A program made the position numbers and the translations under genes. The notes beneath the pieces are model-generated. The model made no database searches. It saw only the letters and a program-made list of their open reading frames with translations, and had not been told where the DNA came from. Below are positions 18,994-27,063 of a stretch of 32,481 nt of DNA, piece by piece. The first letter of the stretch is position 1; the number at the start of each line of letters is the position of its first letter. This DNA comes from Nitrospinaceae bacterium (lineage in GTDB: Bacteria > Nitrospinota > Nitrospinia > Nitrospinales > VA-1): contig JBHHVU010000036.1 in the NCBI GenBank assembly GCA_046754465.1, positions 1 to 32,481 of the forward strand, in the 5' to 3' direction.

Positions 18994-20448
18994 ATGACTC
19001 GTGACTGGCTCAAAGGGGCGCGATCCTTTTACGATACCGTTGTCATCGGAAGCGGTCTGGCGGGGATGACCTCCGCCAATCTTCTGGCGCGGTTGGGACA
19101 CTCGGTGCTCCTCGCCGAACATCACTACAACCTGGGCGGTCTCGCCACCTGGTTTAAACGGAAGGGCGGCCATATCCTCGACATTTCCCTGCATGGGTTC
19201 CCCAGCGGAATGATTAAAACCTTCCGCAAGTACTGGACCCGGGAAATGGCCGATTCGGTCATCCGCCTCAAGGGCATCCGCTTCGACAACCCCCAATTCT
19301 CCTTCCACACCACCTTCGATAAAGTCGACTTTACCCGGATTCTCCGTGAGCGGTTCGGAATCATGAAGGAAGTCATCGACGAGTTCTTCACAACGGTCCG
19401 GGGCATGAATTTTTATGACGATCTGATGATGAGCACCCAGGATCTGTTCGAGAAATTCTTTCCGGGACGCAAGGACGTCTGGCGTTTTCTGATGGAACCC
19501 ATCACCTACGCCAACGGGTCGACCTTGCAGGACCCCGCCTTGACTTATGGCATCGTTTTTTCCAATTTCATGGATAAGGGGGTTTTTACCTACCAAGGCG
19601 GAACCGACCAGCTCATCAAAAAAATGAAAGCGGAGCTGTTGAAAAACGGGGTGGACATTCGGACCCACTGCCTGGTCGAAAAAGTTTTGCTGGAAAATAA
19701 ATCCGTTCGGGGGGTCTGCATCAACGGCAGGGAAATCGCTTGCCGATCCGTCCTCTCCAATTCCAACCTGCTCACCACCATTCACCAGTTGGCGGGTGAC
19801 GAACATTTCAATCAAAATTTTCTGGACCAGGTTCGTAAGGTGCGCCTGAATAATTCAAGCTGCCAGGTGTACATGGGCATCAAGAAAGGGGAAACCATCG
19901 ATTATGTGGGCGATTTGCTATTTTCCTCGGTGGCGGGGGAATATGATACCGACGCTATCCTGAGCAAGGACGTGACCAGCCGCACGTTTTCCTTCTATTA
20001 TCCGTTCATCCGGCCCGGAACCGATCGGTACTCCATTGTTTCCTCAACCAATGCCCGATACGAGGACTGGGCTCTCCTGGATGAAAAGGAATACCGGAGA
20101 GAGAAAAGTTACTTGATCGAGACCACGCTGGATTGCCTGGAAAAATATGTGCCCGGCATCCGCGGTAAAATCGGCCATGTGGAAGCGGCCACGCCCAAAA
20201 CCTTCAAGCGGTACACCCGGCATCCCGCCGGCACCTCCTTTGGAACCAAGTTCGAAGGATTGCAAATCAGCCGGGATCTTCCCAAACAAATCGACGGATT
20301 GTTCCATTCCGGCTCGGTGGGCATCATCATGTCCGGTTGGCTGGGCGCCGCCAACTATGGGGTTATCGTGGCCAACGAGGTGGATAAATTCATCCGTTCC
20401 ATGGAATCGCGGAATCATCTGGCTCCCGCCTCCGCCTATGCTCCCTGA
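18994..20448 (+). CDS. Phytoene dehydrogenase-like (COG1233) FAD-dependent oxidoreductase 2
   Basis: [31 protein letters not shown]....G.SFG, GLFHSG...GWLGA; start placed at ATG 18994 (MTRDWLKG). Confidence 0.88.
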   Translation: MTRDWLKGARSFYDTVVIGSGLAGMTSANLLARLGHSVLLAEHHYNLGGLATWFKRKGGHILDISLHGFPSGMIKTFRKYWTREMADSVIRLKGIRFDNPQFSFHTTFDKVDFTRILRERFGIMKEVIDEFFTTVRGMNFYDDLMMSTQDLFEKFFPGRKDVWRFLMEPITYANGSTLQDPALTYGIVFSNFMDKGVFTYQGGTDQLIKKMKAELLKNGVDIRTHCLVEKVLLENKSVRGVCINGREIACRSVLSNSNLLTTIHQLAGDEHFNQNFLDQVRKVRLNNSSCQVYMGIKKGETIDYVGDLLFSSVAGEYDTDAILSKDVTSRTFSFYYPFIRPGTDRYSIVSSTNARYEDWALLDEKEYRREKSYLIETTLDCLEKYVPGIRGKIGHVEAATPKTFKRYTRHPAGTSFGTKFEGLQISRDLPKQIDGLFHSGSVGIIMSGWLGAANYGVIVANEVDKFIRSMESRNHLAPASAYAP

Positions 20449-20514
20449 CCTCACCCGGATGTCTCATTCCCTTCCAGAATCTTCCCGAACCGCGGCTTCA
20501 TTCCTGACCGTTCC

Positions 20515-21258
20515 ATGAATTTCGATTTCAAAGATCAGACGGCTATCGTCATCGGCGGCACCCGGGGTATCGGCCGGGGAATTTCCGAGGCATTTCTTGC
20601 GGCGGGAGCCCGCGTGATCGCCACTTACCAATCCAACCACTGCGCCGCCAAGGAATTCCAGGACGGCAATGAAAATTCGGCGGATCGGCTGGCGGTGAAA
20701 AGTTTTGACGTTACCCGGTATAAGGAGGCTGAGGAATTCTTCCGTTTCGTGGACAGGACTTACGGTCCCTTCCAGATTCTCGTTCAGAGTGCGGGAATCC
20801 GGATCGATTCCATCGTCGGGTTGATGAAGGAAGAAGACTGGAGACAGGTGATCGAAACCAACCTGACCGGAACGTTCAACGTCTGCAAACTGGCGGTGCA
20901 GAGCCTTCTTCCCCACCGGTACGGGAGGATCATCATCATCACGTCTCCCATAGGAAGGTTTGGGTTCGCGGGCCAGGCCAATTACTCCGCGTCCAAGGCC
21001 GGGCAGGTGGCTTTTTCACGGTCCCTTTCCAAGGAGGTGGCCGGACGCAAAATCACTGTCAACTGCGTTTCTCCCGGTTTCATCGATACCGATTTCATCG
21101 CCGACCTTCCGGAGGAGCAACGGAAATTCTACCTCGGCCAAATCCCCATGAAACGGTTCGGCTCTCCCAGGGATGTCGCCCATTCGGTCCTGTTCCTGGC
21201 TTCCAGGGAAGCGGCGTATATCACCGGATGCGTTCAGGAAGTGACCGGCGGCCTCTAG
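20515..21258 (+). CDS. fabG: 3-oxoacyl-ACP reductase (SDR, FabG-like)
   Basis: GGTRGIG, GQANYSASK (YxxxK), VNCVSPGFIDT, IPMKRFG, YITG...VTGGL. Confidence 0.88.
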   Translation: MNFDFKDQTAIVIGGTRGIGRGISEAFLAAGARVIATYQSNHCAAKEFQDGNENSADRLAVKSFDVTRYKEAEEFFRFVDRTYGPFQILVQSAGIRIDSIVGLMKEEDWRQVIETNLTGTFNVCKLAVQSLLPHRYGRIIIITSPIGRFGFAGQANYSASKAGQVAFSRSLSKEVAGRKITVNCVSPGFIDTDFIADLPEEQRKFYLGQIPMKRFGSPRDVAHSVLFLASREAAYITGCVQEVTGGL

Positions 21259-21265
21259 GGGCGGC

Positions 21266-21458
21266 GCGGTGAACCGCCGCTGGTGGCTTGGTCCTGTGTT
21301 ATATGCGACACAAGGATCGACAGGCGATTGAGACTCGACCCATCCCCCTCCTGCGTGGCGGGGGGGTACCTCCCCAAGTGGTTGGGAAATGCGTTATATG
21401 GCGGACTGGGGTCGAGAGGTGATTAAGATAAGACCCATTCCCCCCCCGCGTGGCGGGG
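21266..21458 (+). repeat. Tandem pair (period 95 nt) of the dispersed intergenic repeat, copies 4 and 5
   Basis: GCGGTGAACCGCCGCTGGTG matches 82-101; TTATATG at 21299 and 21394; GACCCAT at 21337 and 21432; each ends in a C-run/CGTGGCGGGG hairpin. Confidence 0.8.
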
Positions 21459-21459
21459 T

Positions 21460-23835
21460 TCAGGAAGGGATGCTTATGGTCAGTCGTTGTTCACAAAGTT
21501 CCATGAGGGATTCCGTAAAGGGTTGCCGATCGGGAAACTGCGTGCTCAGATAAATGTGCCGCACCAGTGTCAGTGTGGTATAGATTTCCACACTGGTCCG
21601 GTGGGCGCTGCCTGCCAATCGGAGAAACTCTTCCACCATCGCCTGCCCCCGATCCATCAGAGCCTTAGGATCCCCCAGGGTCCGAAGCCCCTGTTCCATG
21701 AGGTGCCCCAAAAAATTACCGATATCCAGTCCGGGGTCTCCTTCACAATAAAGATCTAGGTCAAGGACGTATAGCCGCTCCCCGTCCACCAAAACCTGGT
21801 CCGGATAAAAATTACGGTGGATCCCGGTTTGAACGCCCTCCGGGATCTCCGCCCCCAACCGGTCACAGTTTTTAAGAATCCGGTCCAGGCGCGGTTTCCA
21901 CTGGGGATGCATTTGGGCGACCCGTGGCAACCGCTCGTGCAGAATTTTCAGTTCGTCCTGGATCGTATGCCGGGGGCGGGGAAGAATATCCATCCCGTGG
22001 AGTTTATGGGCGGCCCGTGCGATTTGCCGGGCCAGCCGGATCCCATCCGGCGCCGCCAACAGGTGGGTGGCGGGAATTCCCGGTGCCTTCCGGTAAATCC
22101 ACATATGGAATTCCGGGATGCGGCCCACCGGTTCGGGAACCGAAATCCGGTCGGAATTATCCTCTCCGAATCCATTATTCCACAAACACCGTTGCAGGTG
22201 GTAGGTCCGGTTATCCAATCCGCGGGCGCGGACCTTGCCCAACAGGGAGATTCGTTTGGCGGGCAGGCCGGGAGATTCCTGAACGAAATCGTATTCCATC
22301 AGGCATCGCTGTTCAGGTTGGTAATCCACCACCCGAATGGCTTTCAGATGAAATTCCTCCGTGGGATGGTGTTCCCCGGAAAGACAAAACGCCATGCGTT
22401 TCTCAACCTCGCACGGATCCAAGGCCCGCCGCAGAAACGGCATCTTGAGGTCCTTGGAAACCCGGTAAGAATCCTCCACGGCCAAAGGGTGGGCTCTCTC
22501 CGCTGCCACGGTGGAGGGGGCGGCGGCCCCCAGGGACCTTCCGTTTGGGAAATTGTCACAAAGGGCTTCTACCCTCTCCAGGATCATTTTGATTCGATTA
22601 GCCCAATCAGGCTCGCAGCGCCGGAACGGGAAATGCGCGAGATGGAAAAGTTCCATGGCGATGAAGGTCTGGAGTCCGTTGGGGATGGATTGGCGGGTAC
22701 CCTTGCGATACCCTTCAAGCAGGGCCTCGGTCAGCGGGACCAAATGACTTGCCGGCATTGAACCCGTCAGGACGTCGTGTTCCATTTGCGCGATGAATCG
22801 TCCGAGATCGTTCCGTGGGTCCCCCAGGGCGGCATCGTCAAAATCCAAAAGGCCCAGCCGTCCGTTTCCCACCCGGATTTGTTTGGCGTAGAAATCCCCG
22901 TGAATCGGGCGCTGGATGGGCGGTTCAGCCATAAGCCGCGCGGCAAACCGGACAGATAAGTTTCCGGTTTGCCGCGCCAGGGGGGGGCACAGAACACCAA
23001 GTCGTTTTCCCTGTTCCAAAAGAGTTTCCGTGATCCCTTCCCGCTTTCTATAGGTCAAGCCCGAAACTTCCTGCCGGTGGAGTTCCTGCAATCCCGCGCC
23101 GGCCTGACGCACCAGGTCAACGGCACGGTCCAGGTCTTCCGGCAGAATTTCCCTGAGCATCCTGCCGGGAAGCCATTCAAAACCCAGGACCCCGTGCGCT
23201 TCGGACGCGCCAAGGCACAGAGGAAACCGGAAATGTTCCATGGAAGAAAATGCTTCCGCGTGGATCCTCATTTTCGGGAATATGCTGGGTTGGTAAAATT
23301 TCAGTACCGCCCGCGAACCGGATGGAGTTTTTACGCGGGCCACATATCGGCGTTCAGGTTTATAGGCTAAAGGTTCCACCTCCCCTTCCCAGAAGTTGGG
23401 CATGCTGGTGAAGACCTGTTCCAATAAACGTTTCCGGCCGCGTGCATCGCAGAGAAGAGCCAGCGATTTAAGTTGACGGTCGTTGGGAAACGTCCAAACC
23501 ACCACGCAGGGGTCGTCAAAAATAATTCTACCGGCGCCCAGGAACCCGGGAATACTTTCCCCTTCGCCGGCCTTGACGCGTCCCAATCGTTCATAGTTGG
23601 CAAAGGCGGTGGCGTGGACGTCGAATGAGGTGCCTTGCGCCTGGAGGTGATAGGTCGCCAGACATCGCCTGCCGGGCTGGTAGCGGATATAGGTCAGCTG
23701 GGCCGATTCCACGGCCAGGTGAGGCTTCAGGGCGGCACAGAACGCTTGCGGATCCAAAATCAGGGCCAGCGCGGGCACTCTCGGGTCTTGTTTTACAAGG
23801 AAATCATTTTCCGGTGAAAGCATCACGTACCTCAT
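21460..23835 (-). CDS. Tandem two-domain aminoglycoside/choline phosphotransferase (APH)-family protein
   Basis: Internal duplication (RYQPGRRCL / DYQPEQRCL); Brenner-like motifs IHGDFYAKQ..LLDFD..GDP..DLG and IHRNFYPDQ..VLDLD..GDP..DIG. Confidence 0.85.
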   Translation of the reverse strand: MRYVMLSPENDFLVKQDPRVPALALILDPQAFCAALKPHLAVESAQLTYIRYQPGRRCLATYHLQAQGTSFDVHATAFANYERLGRVKAGEGESIPGFLGAGRIIFDDPCVVVWTFPNDRQLKSLALLCDARGRKRLLEQVFTSMPNFWEGEVEPLAYKPERRYVARVKTPSGSRAVLKFYQPSIFPKMRIHAEAFSSMEHFRFPLCLGASEAHGVLGFEWLPGRMLREILPEDLDRAVDLVRQAGAGLQELHRQEVSGLTYRKREGITETLLEQGKRLGVLCPPLARQTGNLSVRFAARLMAEPPIQRPIHGDFYAKQIRVGNGRLGLLDFDDAALGDPRNDLGRFIAQMEHDVLTGSMPASHLVPLTEALLEGYRKGTRQSIPNGLQTFIAMELFHLAHFPFRRCEPDWANRIKMILERVEALCDNFPNGRSLGAAAPSTVAAERAHPLAVEDSYRVSKDLKMPFLRRALDPCEVEKRMAFCLSGEHHPTEEFHLKAIRVVDYQPEQRCLMEYDFVQESPGLPAKRISLLGKVRARGLDNRTYHLQRCLWNNGFGEDNSDRISVPEPVGRIPEFHMWIYRKAPGIPATHLLAAPDGIRLARQIARAAHKLHGMDILPRPRHTIQDELKILHERLPRVAQMHPQWKPRLDRILKNCDRLGAEIPEGVQTGIHRNFYPDQVLVDGERLYVLDLDLYCEGDPGLDIGNFLGHLMEQGLRTLGDPKALMDRGQAMVEEFLRLAGSAHRTSVEIYTTLTLVRHIYLSTQFPDRQPFTESLMELCEQRLTISIPS

Positions 23836-23878
23836 CCAGTGAATAACGGGAGTTCATTTCTGGGAATTTTAATATCAA

Positions 23879-24202
23879 TTATTTCACCTGCTCCAGAATC
23901 GTTTCCATCTTTTCCGGCCCCTCGGGCGGGCGATGACGAAACGGCTCCATGACGATACGGAACAAACCGGCCACCGTGTGGAGTCCAACCCATTCCTCGC
24001 AGGCTGTGTTTCCCTTTTCCCGGTACCCATCAGATAAGGCTTGACACAGCATATTGCATTGTACTCAACTCAATTTTCCATAAAGGACATCGCAGCGCAT
24101 GAGCGCCCAAAACATCCCCGGATCAGCCGCGGAGTCTTCCTGGGCCGCGCGATCCATTTTTTGAATAAAACCCTTGTCTCCATCTTCACCCCGTTCATGG
24201 TG
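23879..24202 (-). pseudogene. C-terminal remnant of an APH-family phosphotransferase with an internal TGA
   Basis: Manual translation: MDRAAQEDSAADPGMFWALMRCDVLYGKLS*VQCNMLCQALSDGYREKG...LHTVAGLFRIVMEPFRHRPPEGPEKMETILEQVK*; aligns by eye with DDAALGDPRNDLGRF...DVLTG...EALLEGYR...LF...FPFRR.EP.....MILERV of the neighbouring APH; internal stop at 24065-24067. Confidence 0.75.
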
Positions 24203-25546
24203 TCAGTTGCAGGGTTTCCCCACCTTGCTTTCCTTGGCGGATAATTCCTGCCTGAGCAAGGTGGGCAGACGGGACAACCCTCCAAAATCGATCCGTCCGT
24301 GAACCTTTGGTGGATCGAGAAGGGGATTTTCCAGCCAATGAGTGATCGTTCCGGGACTCATTTGATCAGGATGGCAAATGTCCAGCACGCCGAGTTTATT
24401 CAGCCGCTCGGCCCGAATCATCTGCTCCCGTCTTGGGGAGACCCGGGGCACGACCAACGCCCGCTTTTCAAAAGACAAAATTTCCGAAACGGTGTTGTAT
24501 CCCCCCATCGAAATTACCCGGTCGGCACAACCCAGAAGCCGGGTGGGTTCGGGGTGGAATTCCATGACGCGCAGACGGTGATTTTGCCTGGCGCGGGCAT
24601 GTATTTCCTTTTTGATATGGGCGGGCATGAATGGCCCCGTTAAAATGACCCCGCTGAAATCGTCCGGCATGTGGGCTCGCGAAAAGGAATCCACGAGTTG
24701 GCTCCCATCCTGTCCTCCGCCGGACATGCATAAAACAAGGCGTCCCGGAGGCAAACCCAGATCGGCGATCAAGCCGCGGATATTATGGGGATCCCCGGCG
24801 CCGGCGGGGGAACGGCGGTCGAAATAGCCTGTGTAGCGCACCTTGTCCGCCATCTGTCTGGAAAAACGGTATTCACGGACGACATCGTATACCGTGCGGT
24901 CCCCATAAATCCAGACCGCGTCGTAAAAATCGCGGATGCTTTCCTCATTGGCCCTCATTTGCCATTCCTTTCGGATGGTCTCGGGCTCGTCCAACACTTC
25001 CCGGAGGCCCAGGATACAAAGAGTGTTTCCCCTTAGCCGTAAATATTCGAGCGTCTGGTTGAGTTCCCGGTTCAACCCGCGGGGGACGCCGTCGACGATC
25101 AGCACATCGGGTTCAAACGCTTCGATGGCGCTGCAAATCGTTTTCGATCGAAAGGCAATGATATCCTTGATGGAAAGGCCGAGCGACCGGGATTGATAAC
25201 TCCCATCATTTTTCTTGCAAACCGCGGGGAGGGTCAAACAATCCACTCCGGAAGGGATATCGAACGCGGTGGTCACATTGGAACCGGAAATCATCAGGAT
25301 ATTCGCCTGAAGGGGCGAACTACTCAGGGTTTTGGCAATGAGCATGTTGCGGCGCAAATGTCCAAGGCCCATGGTGTCATGGGAATACAAAACGATTCTT
25401 AACTGGGACGCCGGCGATTCTGGAACGCGGATGAAAGGAGTGGTGGAACCCGCATTCTCGATCCAATCCACGTTCCCCAAGATATCGAAAAATCGAATCC
25501 TCCGGTGCGGATCCGGATTTTCGGATTTAACTTTTTCCCGCGGCAT
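24203..25546 (-). CDS. Predicted glycosyltransferase (GT-B fold, COG4671-like)
   Basis: LYSHDTMGLGHLRR, GLREVLD, GGGQDG, ISMGGYNT..E, VVPR...EQ.IRA; start placed at ATG 25546 behind GGAG (ORF track starts at 25612). Confidence 0.85.
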   Translation of the reverse strand: MPREKVKSENPDPHRRIRFFDILGNVDWIENAGSTTPFIRVPESPASQLRIVLYSHDTMGLGHLRRNMLIAKTLSSSPLQANILMISGSNVTTAFDIPSGVDCLTLPAVCKKNDGSYQSRSLGLSIKDIIAFRSKTICSAIEAFEPDVLIVDGVPRGLNRELNQTLEYLRLRGNTLCILGLREVLDEPETIRKEWQMRANEESIRDFYDAVWIYGDRTVYDVVREYRFSRQMADKVRYTGYFDRRSPAGAGDPHNIRGLIADLGLPPGRLVLCMSGGGQDGSQLVDSFSRAHMPDDFSGVILTGPFMPAHIKKEIHARARQNHRLRVMEFHPEPTRLLGCADRVISMGGYNTVSEILSFEKRALVVPRVSPRREQMIRAERLNKLGVLDICHPDQMSPGTITHWLENPLLDPPKVHGRIDFGGLSRLPTLLRQELSAKESKVGKPCN

Positions 25547-25720
25547 ATATGTTCTCCGAATTAGGCCCCTTACGTTCATAAGTTCCACATTACCAAGCAA
25601 GCCGTTACTCACCTGTTCGTTAAGAATGGAAAATGGGAAAAAGGATGTCTCGGTCCCAAAATTCCCTAAAAAGCATCATTTGGCCCAAGGTCTCAATGTA
25701 TACTTTTTTATTGATTTGCA

Positions 25721-25758
25721 TATCAGAAGGATCACAATATTTTGTGATTTAAATTACA
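25721..25758. promoter_or_regulatory. Putative CRP-family operator (tandem sites)
   Basis: TGTGA-TTTAAA-TTACA (25743-25758, one mismatch to TGTGA-N6-TCACA), preceded by TATCA-GAAGGA-TCACA. Confidence 0.6.
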
Positions 25759-26032
25759 GGCCGTTTCCCGCGGACGTACGAAAAGCCTTAAAAAATGGAT
25801 GCCTGGAGACCTCCCAACCCTCATGGCGCTGGGGATTTGCCATGGGGAACAGCGGGAAAATGGGGGCGGTCCGGGTTTGAGGGAAAATGTTCCAACGGCC
25901 AAATTAAGCGGGCTTTTTCAAGCAATTCATGGGGCGGCTGCTACGCCACTCGGAGATGTTTTGAGAAGGGGTCGGAAATTTCCTGGTTATCGCGGTTCAA
26001 TATAGAATACCCCAAACCCTGAAAAGCAATTA

Positions 26033-26061
26033 TTGACTCTTGATCAGCACTCATTTACACT
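26033..26061 (+). promoter_or_regulatory. Putative sigma70 promoter for the crp-like gene
   Basis: TTGACT-17 nt-TACACT. Confidence 0.55.
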
Positions 26062-26244
26062 AATTGTAATAGGCAAAAATAATTTCTCCTGAAATAAATT
26101 TCCGCAAGGCGTCACCTCTCTGGTCTAGAGCGTGGGTGATTGGGTTACAATGGAATGGCTTGGGGGAGTTTTATTCCTGGTTTCGGAATAACCTGTTGAC
26201 AGAATGGGTTTTGCTGGATTTGACCCGTAATATGGATTGAATTC

Positions 26245-26931
26245 ATGGCCGCTAAAATCGAAATCTTGAAAAATATACCCCTTTTTTCCTCTCTGGATGA
26301 AAAACACATCGAGGAATTGGCCTCCATTGCGGTCGAGAAACATTTTCGCAAAAATCAGATCATATTTAACCAAGACGATACCAGCAATGCCTTGTTTATC
26401 ATCAAGGCCGGAATGGTCAAGATCTCCATTGCGGATTCGAACAACAATGAGTTCATCCTCAAAATGATTGCGGGGAACGATTTTTTCGGGGAAATGTCTC
26501 TTCTTGACGGGAAACCGCGGTCCGCCACAGCCACCGCCGTTGAAGAGTGCAAGACCTTGATCATTCATCGGGAGGATTTTATCCGCCTGATCCAGAAGAA
26601 TCCCGCAGTCGCCCTGGCTTTGATGACGATTCTTGCGGTTCGTCTGCGCTACACTACTGAAAATATTTCCAATCTTACTTTTTATGATGCTTACGGCAAG
26701 GTGGCCAAATGCCTCCTTTACCTGAAGGAGAAAATCGGGAGGCAGGAGGATGAAAAAATCGTGCTCAACTTGAAGATTTCCCGGCAGGAATTGGCCAATT
26801 TGGCCGGAATTACCCGGGAAACCTTTACCAGAATCCTCAGGGAATTCCAAAGCAGAGGGTGCATCCAGGTGACCGGGAAAGATATTGTCATCCTGGACGA
26901 AAGTATTCTGAAACGGGAAATCATCCTGTAA
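26245..26931 (+). CDS. CRP/FNR-family transcriptional regulator, cyclic-nucleotide-binding type
   Basis: Phosphate-binding cassette FFGEMSLLDGKPRSATA; HTH SRQELANLAGITRETFTR with CRP-type RE...R recognition helix; no FNR Cys cluster. Confidence 0.93.
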   Translation: MAAKIEILKNIPLFSSLDEKHIEELASIAVEKHFRKNQIIFNQDDTSNALFIIKAGMVKISIADSNNNEFILKMIAGNDFFGEMSLLDGKPRSATATAVEECKTLIIHREDFIRLIQKNPAVALALMTILAVRLRYTTENISNLTFYDAYGKVAKCLLYLKEKIGRQEDEKIVLNLKISRQELANLAGITRETFTRILREFQSRGCIQVTGKDIVILDESILKREIIL

Positions 26932-26932
26932 A

Positions 26933-26970
26933 TGGAATACGGATCACAAAAATATGTGATGTATCTCCTT
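26933..26970. promoter_or_regulatory. Putative CRP-family operator upstream of the FecR-domain gene
   Basis: TGGAA-N6-TCACA then TGTGA-N6-TCCTT; core GGATCACAA-N4-ATGTGAT nearly identical to 25729-25748. Confidence 0.5.
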
Positions 26971-27063
26971 TATAAATTAAAGATTGGTAATATCTTGTAA
27001 GGAAGCGGAAGTGAACCTTTTTAAGGTTTCTTGAATTTACCTATGGGCTAGGAATTAAGGATC

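Noticed and set aside
17568..20448. Carotenoid biosynthesis (crtI) assignment
   Set aside because: No crtB/crtE/crtY nearby; the genes are embedded between KAS/ACP and FabG, so only the family-level call is supported
15826..21258. Ladderane biosynthesis cluster
   Set aside because: No radical SAM or methyltransferase genes in the cluster and no anammox markers in the window; only a partial resemblance
21460..23835. Aminoglycoside resistance gene
   Set aside because: The APH fold is broad; the double-domain size, glycosyltransferase context and lack of mobile elements argue against a resistance call
24065..24205. Selenocysteine or alternative-code read-through of two in-frame TGA codons
   Set aside because: TGA is a normal stop for several core genes here, neither TGA sits in a redox motif, and the downstream fragment is degenerate
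25711..25726. FNR box TTGAT...ATCAG
   Set aside because: The spacer is 6 nt rather than 4, and the local regulator lacks FNR features
25795..26022. Small ORFs 25795-26022 and 25799-26005 (also 6528-6785, 30900-31097, 32105-32341, 32202-32399)
   Set aside because: No convincing RBS, motif or coding-like composition; treated as intergenic
26135..26149. Additional CRP site GGTGA...TTACA in the crp leader
   Set aside because: Half-site spacing is 5 nt, not 6
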